Source: Octopus vulgaris
Lineage: Eukaryota
Assembly (NCBI GenBank): GCA_951406725.2
Contig: OX597826.1
Span: 60,036,001 to 60,098,000 of the forward strand
Length of the DNA: 62,000 nt
Reading direction: 5' to 3'
Shown: piece by piece, positions 1 through 12,918 of the stretch
Layout of the letters: every line of letters begins with the position of its first letter
How positions within the stretch are numbered: the stretch's first letter is position 1
Made by a program: the position numbers and the translations under genes
Notes under the pieces: model-generated
Databases searched by the model: none
Told to the model about the DNA's origin: nothing
What the model saw: only the letters and a program-made list of their open reading frames with translations

Positions 1-659
1 TCTACGTTGCTATATAGCGTAAACTACACTCAAATAATGTAAGAACTGTCAGTGCGTTTATGAATTTATTAGATTTACCCGATTAGAAGTTGCAATTTTC
101 CTTTCATTAATCGTTTTAGGAACAGCAAAATGAAATATTGATTTGATTAGACTACGTTAAGTTTTTAAGCTCGCTGTGTCGTTCTATGCTTTGCTACGTG
201 TTTCTGCGCGTTATTATGCATTGCTGGGTTATATTAACCACGGTTCGTACGTTTGATTTTGCTATAGCATAACCACAAGAACAATGAAAACGACAATATG
301 CAGTCTTGGACAAAAGATGGACTGGATGTCTTCAATCACAGCTCTGTTAAACTAAAGCAAGCAAGGGACATGTGGGTATTGTTGCGAGGAAAAAGAGAAC
401 AAAATTGGCAAGTACACATCAGCAACTTCATAGACACTGCAACAACACTAGCAATATTTACATCACATTTGCAAGAAAATCACCAACATTAGCAGTAACA
501 ATGACGACCAGCCAATATGAGGCCTGTAAGTGGTTGCTCGATATAGCATCCAAATTTTCAAATTGTGCTCCATAGATTTTAATCAAGGAGTACTTATTTT
601 CATATGATCTTACGCACATTGTATCTCAATACAAGACAGGATGGGCGAGAGTAGGTATC

Positions 660-845
660 TATAGCAAGAAGTCTTTTATGTTCGATTACGTTCGATGTCC
701 ACCGACTCGTTATTTTGCGGTCAAATTTGTCTGTTATCATTTCGGGGCCGATAAAATGCGTACCCGTGGAGCTACGGGGGAGGATGTAACTGACTTACCA
801 GTTTCCTAAATTTGTTGGGTTTGTGCCAAAAGTTGACACTATATG
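660..845 (+). mobile_element. Degenerate SINE family 1 copy (tRNA head + Meta-like central domain)
   Basis: atcatttcggggccgataaaatgcgtacc...ggatgtaactgacttacc...gggtttgtgccaaaa matches the reverse complement of the family-1 copies at 5710 and 20055. Confidence 0.6.
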
Positions 846-1178
846 AGTGAGTGGCTGAAACAATAACAACCACAACAATGATTGTGGCATCACAAATGAT
901 AGTAAGAAAATAGCAACATTAACACCACTAACATCAAAACAAAAGCAGCAGTAGTAAAACGGGCACCAGCTCCCACACTGTGAACACAAATAACATGCAG
1001 AAGAGCTACAATCACAAAAATATTACAACAGATTGCAGAATGGCCAATAAGGGAGTCTCTGGCTTTTCTATCGATCTACTAGAAATAATTATTGAATCAC
1101 CATAAAGGCATCCCGTACTCTTTTACATAAGGAAAGCGCTTTTCCATATTCCTCTATTACCCTAAACTATATCTAGGA

Positions 1179-1482
1179 GCACTCCGTCGGTTACGATGAC
1201 GAGGGTCCCAGATGATACGATAGACGGAACAGCTTGCTCATGAAATTAACGTGCAAGTGACTGAGACTGAGCAATCCACAGATGCTTGTACCCCTAACGT
1301 AGTTCTGAGAGAGATTCAACGTGACACAGAGTGGGACAAGGAGGGCCAGTTGAAATACAGGTACAACTCATTTTTGCCTGCTGAGTGGACTGGAGCAACG
1401 TGAAATAAAGTGTCTTGCTGAACGCGTCGCCGGGAATTGAACTCACGACCTTACAATTGTGAGCCGACTGCCCTAACCACTT
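1179..1482 (-). mobile_element. SINE family 4 (tRNA-derived head, central ccttgagcaagacactttatttcacgttgctccagtccactcagc domain), tail type A
   Basis: Reverse complement begins gtggttagggcagtcggctcacaattgtaaggtcgtgagttcaattccc (A- and B-box-like); central domain shared with 38785-39082. Confidence 0.8.
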
Positions 1483-2839
1483 CACAACCCTAAAACTAAT
1501 ACTATATTCGTAAAGTTTGTTCCTGTTTACCTAGCATATTTTACAGTGATGACAAAAGAGTTCTAATTATACTCTCATACACACCCAGCCATACATAAAC
1601 GGTGCCATACCCATATGCTCACGCCATCCTTATTCTATAAACACACGATTATATATAGCTGCTTATATGCACATACACGCAACTACGTTTATATTTTTAC
1701 TACTTGCAACTGTTTGTCATGTTAATCTCCTATCCATATATATATATAATCTCAAACCATCTATTACAAATCTATTGATACATATTTTCATGCTGTTTAT
1801 CTTTCTGTTAACTTCTTAATTTGCCCGGCATTCAATGACAATCAAATGCACTCACCTCTACTAAAACCTCCAAGCATGTCTATACTTTTCTAATGCCATT
1901 GTATACCATACACGCCTATATCAACCAAATTTTTTTTATTCTAATTAAAATTTAGTCTTTTTTCCTCTTTCTATCTTGGCAAAGACCTCCTGTCCGAAAT
2001 GTCAATTTCTGTTGCGCTTCTTCAAATTGTAATACATATACAACGTGGGTGTTTGCCTTCATTCATGATTTGTCTTCTGAATTAATTTCTGTCAGAAACA
2101 AATCCCCAGACGCACCAGATATCGGATTACTTATCATTAATTTGAATCAGGATTGTGGCGATAACAACGTAAGTGACACAAGTTTTTCTAGTTTCGCTAC
2201 ATAAATTTGAAATACAATGTTGAAAAATGAAATGGTGACTGGTTTTATTGAACAAAAAATATTTGGTAAATAACTGTTTCGCAACTGAATCGCTTAAACT
2301 AAAAACAAAATCTGAAATATATAAAATGTGAAATTTATTAGAAACACAAAAAAGTACAATAAATTCATTTACTGAAAACTATCTCTTTCTCAACTAAAAA
2401 ATAATAATTTCTATTATCCATCGTTTAATTGAATGCAGTTTTCAAATAATGTGCCAATGTTCTGTCTTAGGCCCGCTAAATAAATTATAGATGGGTTGAA
2501 GGGATTTACAGTCACGTAAATTTGATGCCAACAAAATTTTAAACTTTATCAGGAATTTGAAAGTTTTTTCATCTTTTGCAAATTGGAAACCTTAAAGAAT
2601 AAAATGTTTTTCATTTTAAAGGCCATGAAGAAAAGCAGAACTGTAGACATAATTTATTGATAACAATGCAAAATAATTCGCATCAGTCGCATATCATCCG
2701 ATACTGTGCTGCAGAAAATTACATTTTCACGAACCGAGTCGAAGAAATGTAATTTTTCTGTAGAAAAATATCTCGCTCTCTCGCTCTCTCTCACTGATTT
2801 CCATATGTATATATACATTTATATATTAGTTTTATATAT

Positions 2840-2870
<31 letters not shown>

Positions 2871-2889
2871 ACACACATATGTATATATA

Positions 2890-2921
<32 letters not shown>

Positions 2922-3220
2922 AATATACACGCAACATACACGTATACACACACAGGCACGCATATTCTGGTATACGCATATTAGGGCAAAGAGAAATGTA
3001 TTTTGTGAAAATTTGTACACACGGTATAGTATTATTATACAGACTACATGAAGCAAGTCCTGACGTAATTCATTTAAGTACATCGTCTGTATCTCTTTAG
3101 ATTTGTTCCTTGTATTAGGTTCATTCACATAGGTGAAACATGCTTCGTTTAATAGATTCCCAATGCTTTCAAATGGCCTGTTTGTGTGTGTGGCAGTCAC
3201 CTCCACTCTCTCTCTCTCTT

Positions 3221-3262
<42 letters not shown>

Positions 3263-3481
3263 GTGCGTGTGTGTGTATACATATAAATATATGATACATA
3301 TGTAAATATATCATACATATATTCATTTGCAATACACATAAATATATATATATATTTAGAGACACACAATCATATATATATATATACAAATACTATCTAT
3401 CTATCTATCTTTCTATCTATCTATCTGTCTATCTATCTATTTATCTATGCATCTAACTCTATCTCCGTCCCTATCTATTTA

Positions 3482-3513
<32 letters not shown>

Positions 3514-3519
3514 GCTCTC

Positions 3520-3558
<39 letters not shown>

Positions 3559-4689
3559 AGAGAGAGGGAAACAGAAATACTTATACATATATATCAATAT
3601 ATATATATGTATATATTCACACAGTATATGTATATTTATAAATCTATACAGAATTTTGTCTAAATATATATATATACATGTTTGTCCGCACGCACACGTG
3701 GTTGTGTGATTGTGCGTGTGGGTACACACCTATGTGTGTGGGTGTGTGGACATTAGCTGAAAGCCATAACATTTGGAGAAAGAAGAGAGCTCTGTCTATT
3801 AAATTTAAAGTAGACGCCAACGGGAGTCGAAATAACTATGTAGAAGCAATGTCGTGCACTTAGCCTCTGGCTTTGCTATATCTGTCGGTTCTCAATTTTC
3901 CTGAATATTTATGAATATTTATGTGATGTCTCCACACCGATGGATTTTACTATTTTCATGGACATCAACACATTTTAAGCTGCATCCAAATGCAAAGCAT
4001 TCGGTCCTTAAAAGCATCATTCAGCCATTAGCGCAGAGATATACTTTTGATTTTGTTTCTACTTTCTGTTCCGATTTGAAAAGGCCTGTTACTCTAGACT
4101 GGTAAAATTTCATATCCCATCTTGTGAAGTCCACCCAAACAATCTTTCGTATTTATCTCTATCATTTCTCTTAACGCCTTAAACCAATACAAATCATTTT
4201 AAAATTACGTTTGTTTTTTTCCCCTTTTTAAACAAATCTCGTTCGACATGCTCGCCACATTCAGGTTTTTCCAATTTTAATGTCTGGCATCGCTTAATCT
4301 TATCGTTTATCCACTACAGTATTTCCTTAAAATCTCCCCCACCTTACATTTTCTTTTTCTCTGTTTCTACATTCTTCTTTTTAAATACATATTTTTTTCA
4401 AATACAGTTTGTTGAAACTGAAAACATTCCTGACAGAAAACTCTACCTCTACAGCACCTTTCAATTTTCATTTACAGCTTTTTTCGTCTGCACTCGTCTG
4501 AAACGCTCTTTTATTATTTCTCGCTCTCTCGTGCGCGCGCTCACCTTCACATGTCATTGTTGAACACCTAGCACAAGCAATTATTTATTGCGATCAAATA
4601 ATTGTGGCATACATTAGCTCGCTCAATCAAGTAGACGCTGCCTGTACGGGTGGGTGCAAGCTATAACGGAAGATAGTATGGAAGTGATT

Positions 4690-4795
4690 CTAGAACAAAG
4701 AGAAATAAAGAGTTTTGCTCAAGAGCACAATGCACACCACCGACCAGAAACTGAAACCACGATCTTGCGATAGTCAATGCAACATGCTAACCGCG
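4690..4795 (-). mobile_element. Partial SINE family 4 head
   Basis: gagaaataaagagttttgctcaagagcacaatgcac...gaaaccacgatcttgcgat...ctaacc aligns to the family-4 head. Confidence 0.55.
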
Positions 4796-4911
4796 TGCTC
4801 CCGCGCCTTTATGCATATGTATATACATGTACATGTAAATATATGTGTGTGTATGTGTGTCTGTGTGCGTATGTGTGTTTGGGCATATATATATACACAC
4901 ACACACATAGA

Positions 4912-5025
4912 GTCCGATAGAATAATTACTAGGCTTACAAAGAATAAGTCTTGGGATCCATTCGTCCGACTTAATGCGGTGCTCCAGCATGGCCGCAGTC
5001 AAATGACTGAAACGAGTAAAAGAAA
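4912..5025 (+). mobile_element. SINE family 2 (CORE-like, OR2-type) 3' tail fragment
   Basis: ccgatagaataattactaggcttacaaagaataagtc...gctccagcatggccgcagtcaaatgactgaaac, shared with 30321-30743. Confidence 0.85.
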
Positions 5026-5641
5026 AAAAAGAAAGAAGATATATATTAATATATATACATGTACATACATACAGACACGTACTTACAGTCTCATACAGAC
5101 ATACGCACACAAACACACCCACATGCATAACAACAACTACAACAACATCAAGAGAGAGAGAACTTTATATATAGCGCCTAGGAAAAATATTACGAAATGC
5201 AAAATGCACACGGTCTTTCGTGTTGGAATAAATTTCATCATTTTAAAATAGAGTAACGGTAAAACCTGAATAAATATGCAAAATTGAGAGACTTACATCT
5301 TTTGTAGGAATAAAAGTAGAATATTTGTGATTTTATTCTTACACTGATTTTGATGACATAGTGTACAATGTTACAATCAAATTTCTTAAACGTATAAAGT
5401 TCCATATTCCATATATTATAATTACATACAGTTTTCATTTCGTATCTTGATAAGAATTTAAGTGTCTATGTGTAATGAGACCGTGTTAGCCTTACGCTAT
5501 GCTATAATCTGATGTACGTATCGGAAGAAACTGCGTTAAAAATACAGTATAGATAGAGCATGCGAGAAAAATAACCTTGTACATTAATATACAAAATATA
5601 AGTTCACTTGGGATGTAAATTTACGCATTTCAAATATTATT

Positions 5642-5920
5642 TTCTACGCTAAGTACAAGGCCCGAACGTTTCTGCCAGCTCGCCGCCTTACGCATTTTAA
5701 ATATCATTTTCTATTCTAGGCACAAGGGCCGAAACATTGGGGGAGGTGGCCAGTCGATTGGATTGACCCGAGTACGCCACTGGTACTTAATTTATGAACC
5801 CCGAAAGGATGAAACGCAAAGTCAACCTCGGAGGAATTTCAACTCAGAACGTAAAGACAGACGAAATACGGCTAAGTATTTCACCCGGCATGCTAATGTT
5901 TCTGCCAGAACGCTGCCTTA
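5642..5920 (-). mobile_element. SINE family 1: internally deleted mini-copy (5642-5690) followed by a full copy (5707-5918)
   Basis: Full copy has B-box gttgaaattcc on the minus strand and central ctttcggggttcataaattaagtaccag; the mini-copy fuses tail and head. Confidence 0.85.
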
Positions 5921-6049
5921 CGCATTTTAAATATCAAGATTTAAATATTTTCACAAATATTGTTACTTCAAATGAATTGACATCTTTTATTTCTCTTTTT
6001 TATTCGTTTCAGACATTAAACTTCATTCATAATTCGGCATCACTTTCAA

Positions 6050-6217
6050 GAATTTTAATCGAACGAATCGACCTCAATACTTATTTTTTTTTAAGTATCG
6101 GTATTCATTCTATCAGCCTCTTTTGCGGAACTGCTAAGTTATGAGGACATAAATACACCAGCATCTATTTTGGGGGGCAAGCTTAGACACAAAGACATAC
6201 ACACACACATATGTATG

Positions 6218-6276
<59 letters not shown>

Positions 6277-6285
6277 CGGATTTTT
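6050..6285 (-). mobile_element. SINE family 2 tail plus internal (TA)n
   Basis: cgaacgaatcgacc...cttttgcggaactgctaagttatgaggacataaatacaccagcatc...(TA)n...gacgg. Confidence 0.75.
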
Positions 6286-7871
6286 TAAAGCTAAATAAAG
6301 TTTAATGAGATTTAATGAAAGACATCAGTTAATCTTATAACTGGAGCCAGGCAACGGAAAACAGTTTTTTAAGCATTACAACAAGCAGTGCAATTTATGC
6401 CCAATGAAAAACCTTGGAATTATCTTAAATGAATATGAAGGAACGAATTTGAACTTACGTATGTAAGTTCTCAATAGCTCACCCCTAATACAAACCTCTG
6501 AGTTAATTAGATATATAAACAGATCCCTATTTATATTGACCACCGTCTATCTACAAGTTTTGCACTGTGACTTGGAATGATTTTAGTTCCCATTCTCAAT
6601 TATGTTATCCTACATTATTTCATTCTCATTAGCTTTCTTGACTTCTAGTTGCAACAGCCTATATACCTTAAACCTAAATTATTAAATACAGGTTTTTTTT
6701 TCTTTTTGTCTTCTTGATATCTTTTCCTATATCCGTAGTTCAAAACTATGCCATTCTTAGAAATGCCTACTTCAACTCATTAATTTAACTTTCGTTTTAT
6801 TATCATCATAACAATCATTCTTTTAATATTTAGGTGCTACATTCTATACCATGTTCCTAAGCTTAACGCTGAAGTATATTTAATTATTCTATTTCATTCA
6901 CTTGCATTTATCGTAATTATATATTATCTATTCACTTATTGCACGCCTGCCATTATATTTTCATAATTATAGCTAGACTTTTATCTAACTATACCTATCA
7001 TAAATATTATTTCTAATATCTATTCTTATGCCACATAATTATCTATCTGGACCGTTTCAAATTTTTTTAAATTTTGATTCCTCAGTTTTATATTTTTATA
7101 GGTCAAACCTTATCTCGTGTGCTACTTCAATATTTTAGGTTGCTTACCTAACCAGTATATTTTTAATTTAAAATGAAAATTTCAGCTTTATTTGTTATAC
7201 CCTATTAATCCTATATTTTCATTCGTTTATTATTTGCTTTTAATTATTATGTTATTAAAAATGTATTTTAATTATCTGTAAATATTTCCAGACTTCCTGC
7301 TAATTTTACCATTTATACAAGTTTTCTCAGTATTTTTACGTAGCATTTTATGTAAGCGCAGTGGTGATATTTCTATAGTAAATATATACAATACAATGCA
7401 TTATTAAACTTCGCTCACTTAATTTCATTACTGAAACTATATCTATTTAATCAAATTCTACCGTTCTCTGTAAAATTACCCCCACTGACTTCCATACAAA
7501 TTTAAAAAAAAAAGATACAAAATGAAAAACTGTGAATCTTAAAATGCAGCTGTAATTTCTGAAGGAAGAAAATTCCGGCGAATTTGAAGCAGACTTTTAC
7601 AAGCTATTCGTTTATTTTTTGTATTTGCATTATGTTGATGATCATTATTCCTCTTCCCTGTACGCTAACATTATTCAAAATATCGATTTTATCTTTACCT
7701 CGCTTTCTATTCCTACAGTACTTTATACCAAATCAATTCCCGTGTAGTACTCTCATATTGATGTCTCAAAACTTTTACTATGAGTTATACAATACACACT
7801 ATTTTCAATAAATGTCTTTTGCTCACACACACACGCAAACATACATACGTATACACACATATGCATATCGT

Positions 7872-8147
7872 TCGTCACCCTTTTCAAGCCTAGCCAGGCT
7901 CATGAGCCCGGTATTTGTTCCACCCTACCTACCCAGCTGGACAGGACGCCAGTCCATCGCAGCGTTACTCAAGAAACAGGAAGAGAGAGCGAGAGAAAGT
8001 TGTGGTGAAAGAGTACAACAGTCACCACCGCCGCCTGCCGGAGCCTCGACGTGCTTTTAGGTGTTTTCGCTCAATAAACACATACAACGCCCGGGCTGGG
8101 AATCGAAACCGCGATTCCGCTTCCCTAACCACTGGGCCATCGCACCT

Positions 8148-8149
<2 letters not shown>
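7872..8149 (-). mobile_element. SINE family 3 (tRNA head) with a V-domain-like tail
   Basis: Reverse complement: ggaggtgcgatggcccagtggttagggaagcggaatcgcggtttcgattccc ... gctgcgatggactggcgtcctgtccagctggg, resembling the V-SINE core as I recall it. Confidence 0.8.
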
Positions 8150-8228
<79 letters not shown>

Positions 8229-9204
8229 CATACATAATTGCATATTTGTTGAAGATGAGATAGAATGACTAAATTCTAATTGTATTGAGAACATTAATTG
8301 TAATCTGATTTGAAATATTTTTTGGATCTAAGTTAACGTTTACGAATTCCATGCAAGGACCATTTGGTATAAATTAACCTGTTGACATGTATTGCAATGA
8401 TATATTTCAACATATCACAACATAACATTATAACAAGCAAACTTTGAAAGCTTAGTATGCTATGACACTTAGTAAGTAATTAAAGTGCTTTGGGTGTAGA
8501 AACGTTTATACGAGTTCTGACATGAAGCAGTTTCTGATATGGTTCAGTTGACTTGGATGCTCGGGTAATGACGAGAGCTGCTAATAACTCCACCTAATTA
8601 CAGTGATGCAACTTAATTACCCATATTTTTCTCATTACATCCACTTGAGAGAAAACTCTATCCTCTTTATATGGACCTCACCTATATTATGAAACCGGCT
8701 CTTCTTCACAACTTATTTGATGATGCTGTCAGCACACTCACAAGTGCGCCACCTGCTGCTACACATTGAGCTCCCAGGTAACGTTGTTGAGAGATTATTT
8801 AACACAGGACATGCAGAACATCTAGCTTTCTCACCGGTTAAATAACTAAAATTATATATAAGCTTTGAATGAAAGTGTGTTATTACAAACTACTGAGAAA
8901 ATAATTCTCTAATATTTTCAGATAGACAATATTCATATATCTGTCTGTATTCTTAACCTTGTTAGTCTATAGTAGTTATTAAAATAATTAGTGAGATTGT
9001 TCACAAAGAGACATGAAGCACTATTGACGAATCACTTGTACATAAGAAGAACTGCAATCCTTTTTGCAGATTTTTTTTTATTAAAATGCCTTCTACTTTT
9101 TACGAGAAGCACATTCATATTTATCTTTTCATACTTATAATGTATTACAAAAATTTCATAACACAAAATATTTTGGCGTCTTCTTATCCGTTTCTACGTC
9201 CGTT

Positions 9205-9870
9205 TAGCTTCGTCAGGATGGAATCTGCTTTGGAATTTTGGATCAGTAAATTCAAGAAGAAAAACAACCCCTTGAGCGGTAACATCATCCTTGAAAAAGC
9301 GCGGAAATTATACCAGCAGCTCGACAGAGGGGGCAGATTAGAAGGCACTGAAGAACCGTAACTAAGACCATTGACTGCACCGGAGAGCAAGGGATAGTTT
9401 TGACCGTTTCCACAAACGGTTTAAAATAAAATTTGTTTCTCTACATGGGAAGACAGCATTAGCCGACAAAAACACCGCCGAAAAGGGCCTCGAGACCTTC
9501 AGGTAGATGATCGAGGACAAGGGATACAAGCTGGAAGAGGTTTTCTGTATGGACGAGACTGGCTTGTTCTGGAATAAGATACCTTCCAGAATGTACATCA
9601 TAAATGCCGAAGCCAGGGTCTCAGCATTTAGGGCACAGGAGGACAGGCTGATGCTAATAACGTGTGGCAATGCTGCTGGCTACACGAGGAGACCAGGACT
9701 TATCTACAAGTCTGTGAACCCAAGGAACTATCAATCTATCTATATATATATATTTTACGTTATATGTTGACATTTATAAGCATTTTTCTGGACTACATCC
9801 AATATTCGCGGTTTTTTACTATTCGCGGGTGCTCTAGTAACGTAACCACGCAAAGACCGGGGGAATACTG
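9205..9870 (+). mobile_element. Tigger/pogo DNA transposon relic (CENP-B-type HTH + DDE_1 fragment, internally deleted)
   Basis: MESALEFWISK...LSGNIILEKARKLY; FDRFHKRFKIKFVSLHG; VFCMDETGLFWNKIPSR...DRLMLITCGNAAG, with stops and a frameshift; Tigger-like right end attcgcgg...ggggaatactg at about 9800-9870. Confidence 0.92.
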
Positions 9871-9879
9871 CGATCCTTT

Positions 9880-10085
9880 CTATTATAGGCACAAGGCCTG
9901 AATTTTAGGGGAGGGTAACGTTCGATTACATCGACCCCAATTCTCAACCGGTACTTATTTCATCGGATCCGAAAGGATGAACGGTAAAGCCGACCTCGGT
10001 GGAATTTGATCTCAGAGCATAAGGACGAATGAAATGCCACGAAGCATTTTGCCCGGCGTGCTAACGTTTCTGCCAGCTCACCCCT
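9880..10085 (-). mobile_element. SINE family 1 copy
   Basis: ggcacaaggcctgaattttaggggaggg...ccgaaaggatgaac...ggaatttgatctcag...ctgccagctcacc. Confidence 0.85.
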
Positions 10086-10165
10086 TTATCACCATTAATA
10101 ATAAAGAGATCTGGTGCACACACAGGGTCCCACGTTAAGATAAAACATCCAGTCGCTAATATCGA

Positions 10166-10775
10166 TTTCATATTTTGGCACAAAGCCAGACGTTTCGGCG
10201 TAGGTCGATTATATCAACCCAAGCATTCAACCGGTACATATTTTATTGAAACCCGAAAAAATTAAATGCAAAGTAGACACTGTCAGAATTTGAATCCTGA
10301 ACGTAAAGCCGAGCGAAATGCCGTTAAGCATTTCACTCGTTGTACTAACGATTCTTATTTATTTAGTGCCCACAAGAGGCTACACACAGAGGGGACAAAC
10401 AAGGACAGACGAACGGATTAAGTCGATTATATCGACCCCAATGCGTAACTGGTACTTATTTAATCGACCCTGAAAGGGTAAAAGGCAAATTCGACCTGGG
10501 CGGAATTTGAACTCAGAACGTAGCGGCAGACGAAATACCTATTTCTTTACTACCCACAAGGGGCTACACACAGAGGGGACAAAAGAAGGACAGACGAACG
10601 GATTAAGTCGATTATAACGACTCCAATGCGTAACTGGTACTTATTTAATCAACCCCGAAAGGATGAAAGGCAAAGTCGACCTCGGCGGAATTTGAACTCA
10701 GTACGTAACGGCAGACGAAATACGGCTACGCATTTCGCCCGGCGTGCTAACGTTTCTGCCAGGTCGCCGCCTTAC
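10166..10775 (-). mobile_element. Head-to-tail trimer of family-1 SINEs (A 10166-10355; B 10356-10540 and C 10541-10775 carry the variant tail)
   Basis: Three same-orientation copies, only C has a complete head; bracketed by the direct repeat cagtcg(c/t)taatatcga. Confidence 0.85.
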
Positions 10776-11622
10776 GCAGTCGTTAATATCGAGCTTCGTA
10801 TTTCGGAAGTTCTAATATTAACTGTCCAGTTATAGAGATCAAACTCAGAACATTTCGGTTATTATCAGTCAGTTAGAAAAGAAATCACGACGTAATTTAA
10901 CAAAACTAAATACCAGTGCGGTTAATGATAAGAAGAGATAACACAAAGCATACAGATAAACCATAGATTCGATAATATTAAACTTAGTACTCTGCAGGTC
11001 CTCATATTAAATATTCAGTTATAAAGAATATGGCTAGAATCATTCGGTTAGAACCTAATTTAACGAAACTAAATAACAACGTGTCTAATGGTAAGAAAAG
11101 ATAATATAATAATTATAAAATAATAACACAAAATACTAAAATATATATCATTCTGATATGATTACATATTTCTTGGATATCACTAAAAAATATCTTGAAA
11201 TTGGAAATTAGGAAATTAACAAGTAAAAAAAATCATAAAATCATTTATACACAAAAGTGACAGCAAAATAACAAGGACCAAATATGGAAAGTCTAATGAG
11301 AAACACATGATATAACACACGCAGTATCAACATCTAAATATCACATTGAAATATCAACAAGAAAATTATCCTCGAGAGGAAATGATGAGAGATAATGAGG
11401 TAGAGAGGAAGTAGAAATTTTAAGTTTCTCGTAATATACAAATTAGTGATATAACGCAGAGGAATGTGGAAGTAAAAATCAACTTCGTAATATCAAAGCC
11501 AATTAGCTGGCTCTCTCATCTACAATCTTACATGGTTCCAAATCAGAAATCATATACGCAGTAAACGTGTATATGTGTATTACACACCCAAAGCACACAC
11601 ACACACACAGACACACACCCAA

Positions 11623-11666
<44 letters not shown>

Positions 11667-11764
11667 ACATACACACATATATTATATAGAATAAAAAGAT
11701 GGAAAGTATATTTGATTTATTGGGTACGACACATGTTTCGACCCGAAGAATTCCTCCATTATAT

Positions 11765-11851
<87 letters not shown>

Positions 11852-11860
11852 CATGCACAT

Positions 11861-11907
<47 letters not shown>

Positions 11908-12619
11908 TATATATATATGTATACATATATATATATGTGTGTGTGTGCATGTGTGTGTAATCATGTTATGTATATATACAGATATATATATATGCATACA
12001 TGCATTTTATATATGCATATGTGTGTGTATATCAAAATATGTAATTATATATTGTGTGCGTGTGTATGTGTGTTTAATATACAGATGTTCGATATGCATA
12101 TAAAGTTGATGAAAGATGATGCACTTGATGAAAGATTAATAAGGAAATGCACCGATCTACTCTGTTTCTGCTACAAGAAAGCATCCCACATATCAATATT
12201 ATACACAAAAACGCAAAAGGCATTATATTCGTGTTTGTGTATGTACGGATGGATGTGTATGTGTATACGCTTGTGTGCGTATATTTATGTATATGTTTGT
12301 ATAAAAATACGTATATATATATATATGTAATTTTTCAGAAGGAACTGTTTGACAGTAACTTCGAAATTTCGGCTTGCTAGCTGTCATTGTTAAACTTTTC
12401 TTTGTTAAAATTAATAAATAATATATACTTTCCTAAAATTACTGAGTTCCCTTTAAATACACTCCTTCAGTTTAATTTTAAATTATTTTTATACATAACT
12501 GCACATCAATATATTTATTGATGCATGTAAATACAAAGAATTCAAGTTCTCAGACTACATATTTTTCAATATAATTATTTGTATAATATTTTTTCCTAAG
12601 GACACAGTCCTTTAAATTT

Positions 12620-12830
12620 CGAATAACGTAGTTAGTGCATTACATTAACCCCCACAATTCACTGATACTCTATTTTATCGATCACAAAAAAAACATAAAT
12701 AAAGCTAATGATTTTGGCGGGATTTGAACTCCAAACAATAACTTAGTATAACTTAGTATAACCAGTGGAAGAGGTTTCTTTTCTTTTTATTTTTGCCGAC
12801 TCAGCCAATCCACTGCCGACGAGACCGATA
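12620..12830 (-). mobile_element. Degenerate SINE family 1 copy
   Basis: tattttatcgatcac...ttggcgggatttgaactcc...ccactgccgac. Confidence 0.5.
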
Positions 12831-12918
12831 TGCATGTTCCTGAAGAGTACGATGCTTTCAATTACTGAGAATCTGGTTTTTGGATCGGATCAGCTAGCCT
12901 CTTAATGAATTTCATTCG

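Noticed and set aside
280-560. Weak resemblance to an RTE RT C-terminus (NWQVHISN..., EACKWLL)
   Set aside because: Motifs too degraded and spread across frames to support a call without a search
1971-2006. Hammerhead-like GAC-ctcct-GTC-CGAAATGTC
   Set aside because: The CUGANGA core is absent and there is no clear stem I; at most an old PLE relic
11720-11762. Minus-strand c(UUCG)g..GAAACAUGUGUC hammerhead-like motif
   Set aside because: No CUGANGA core and stem II barely pairs
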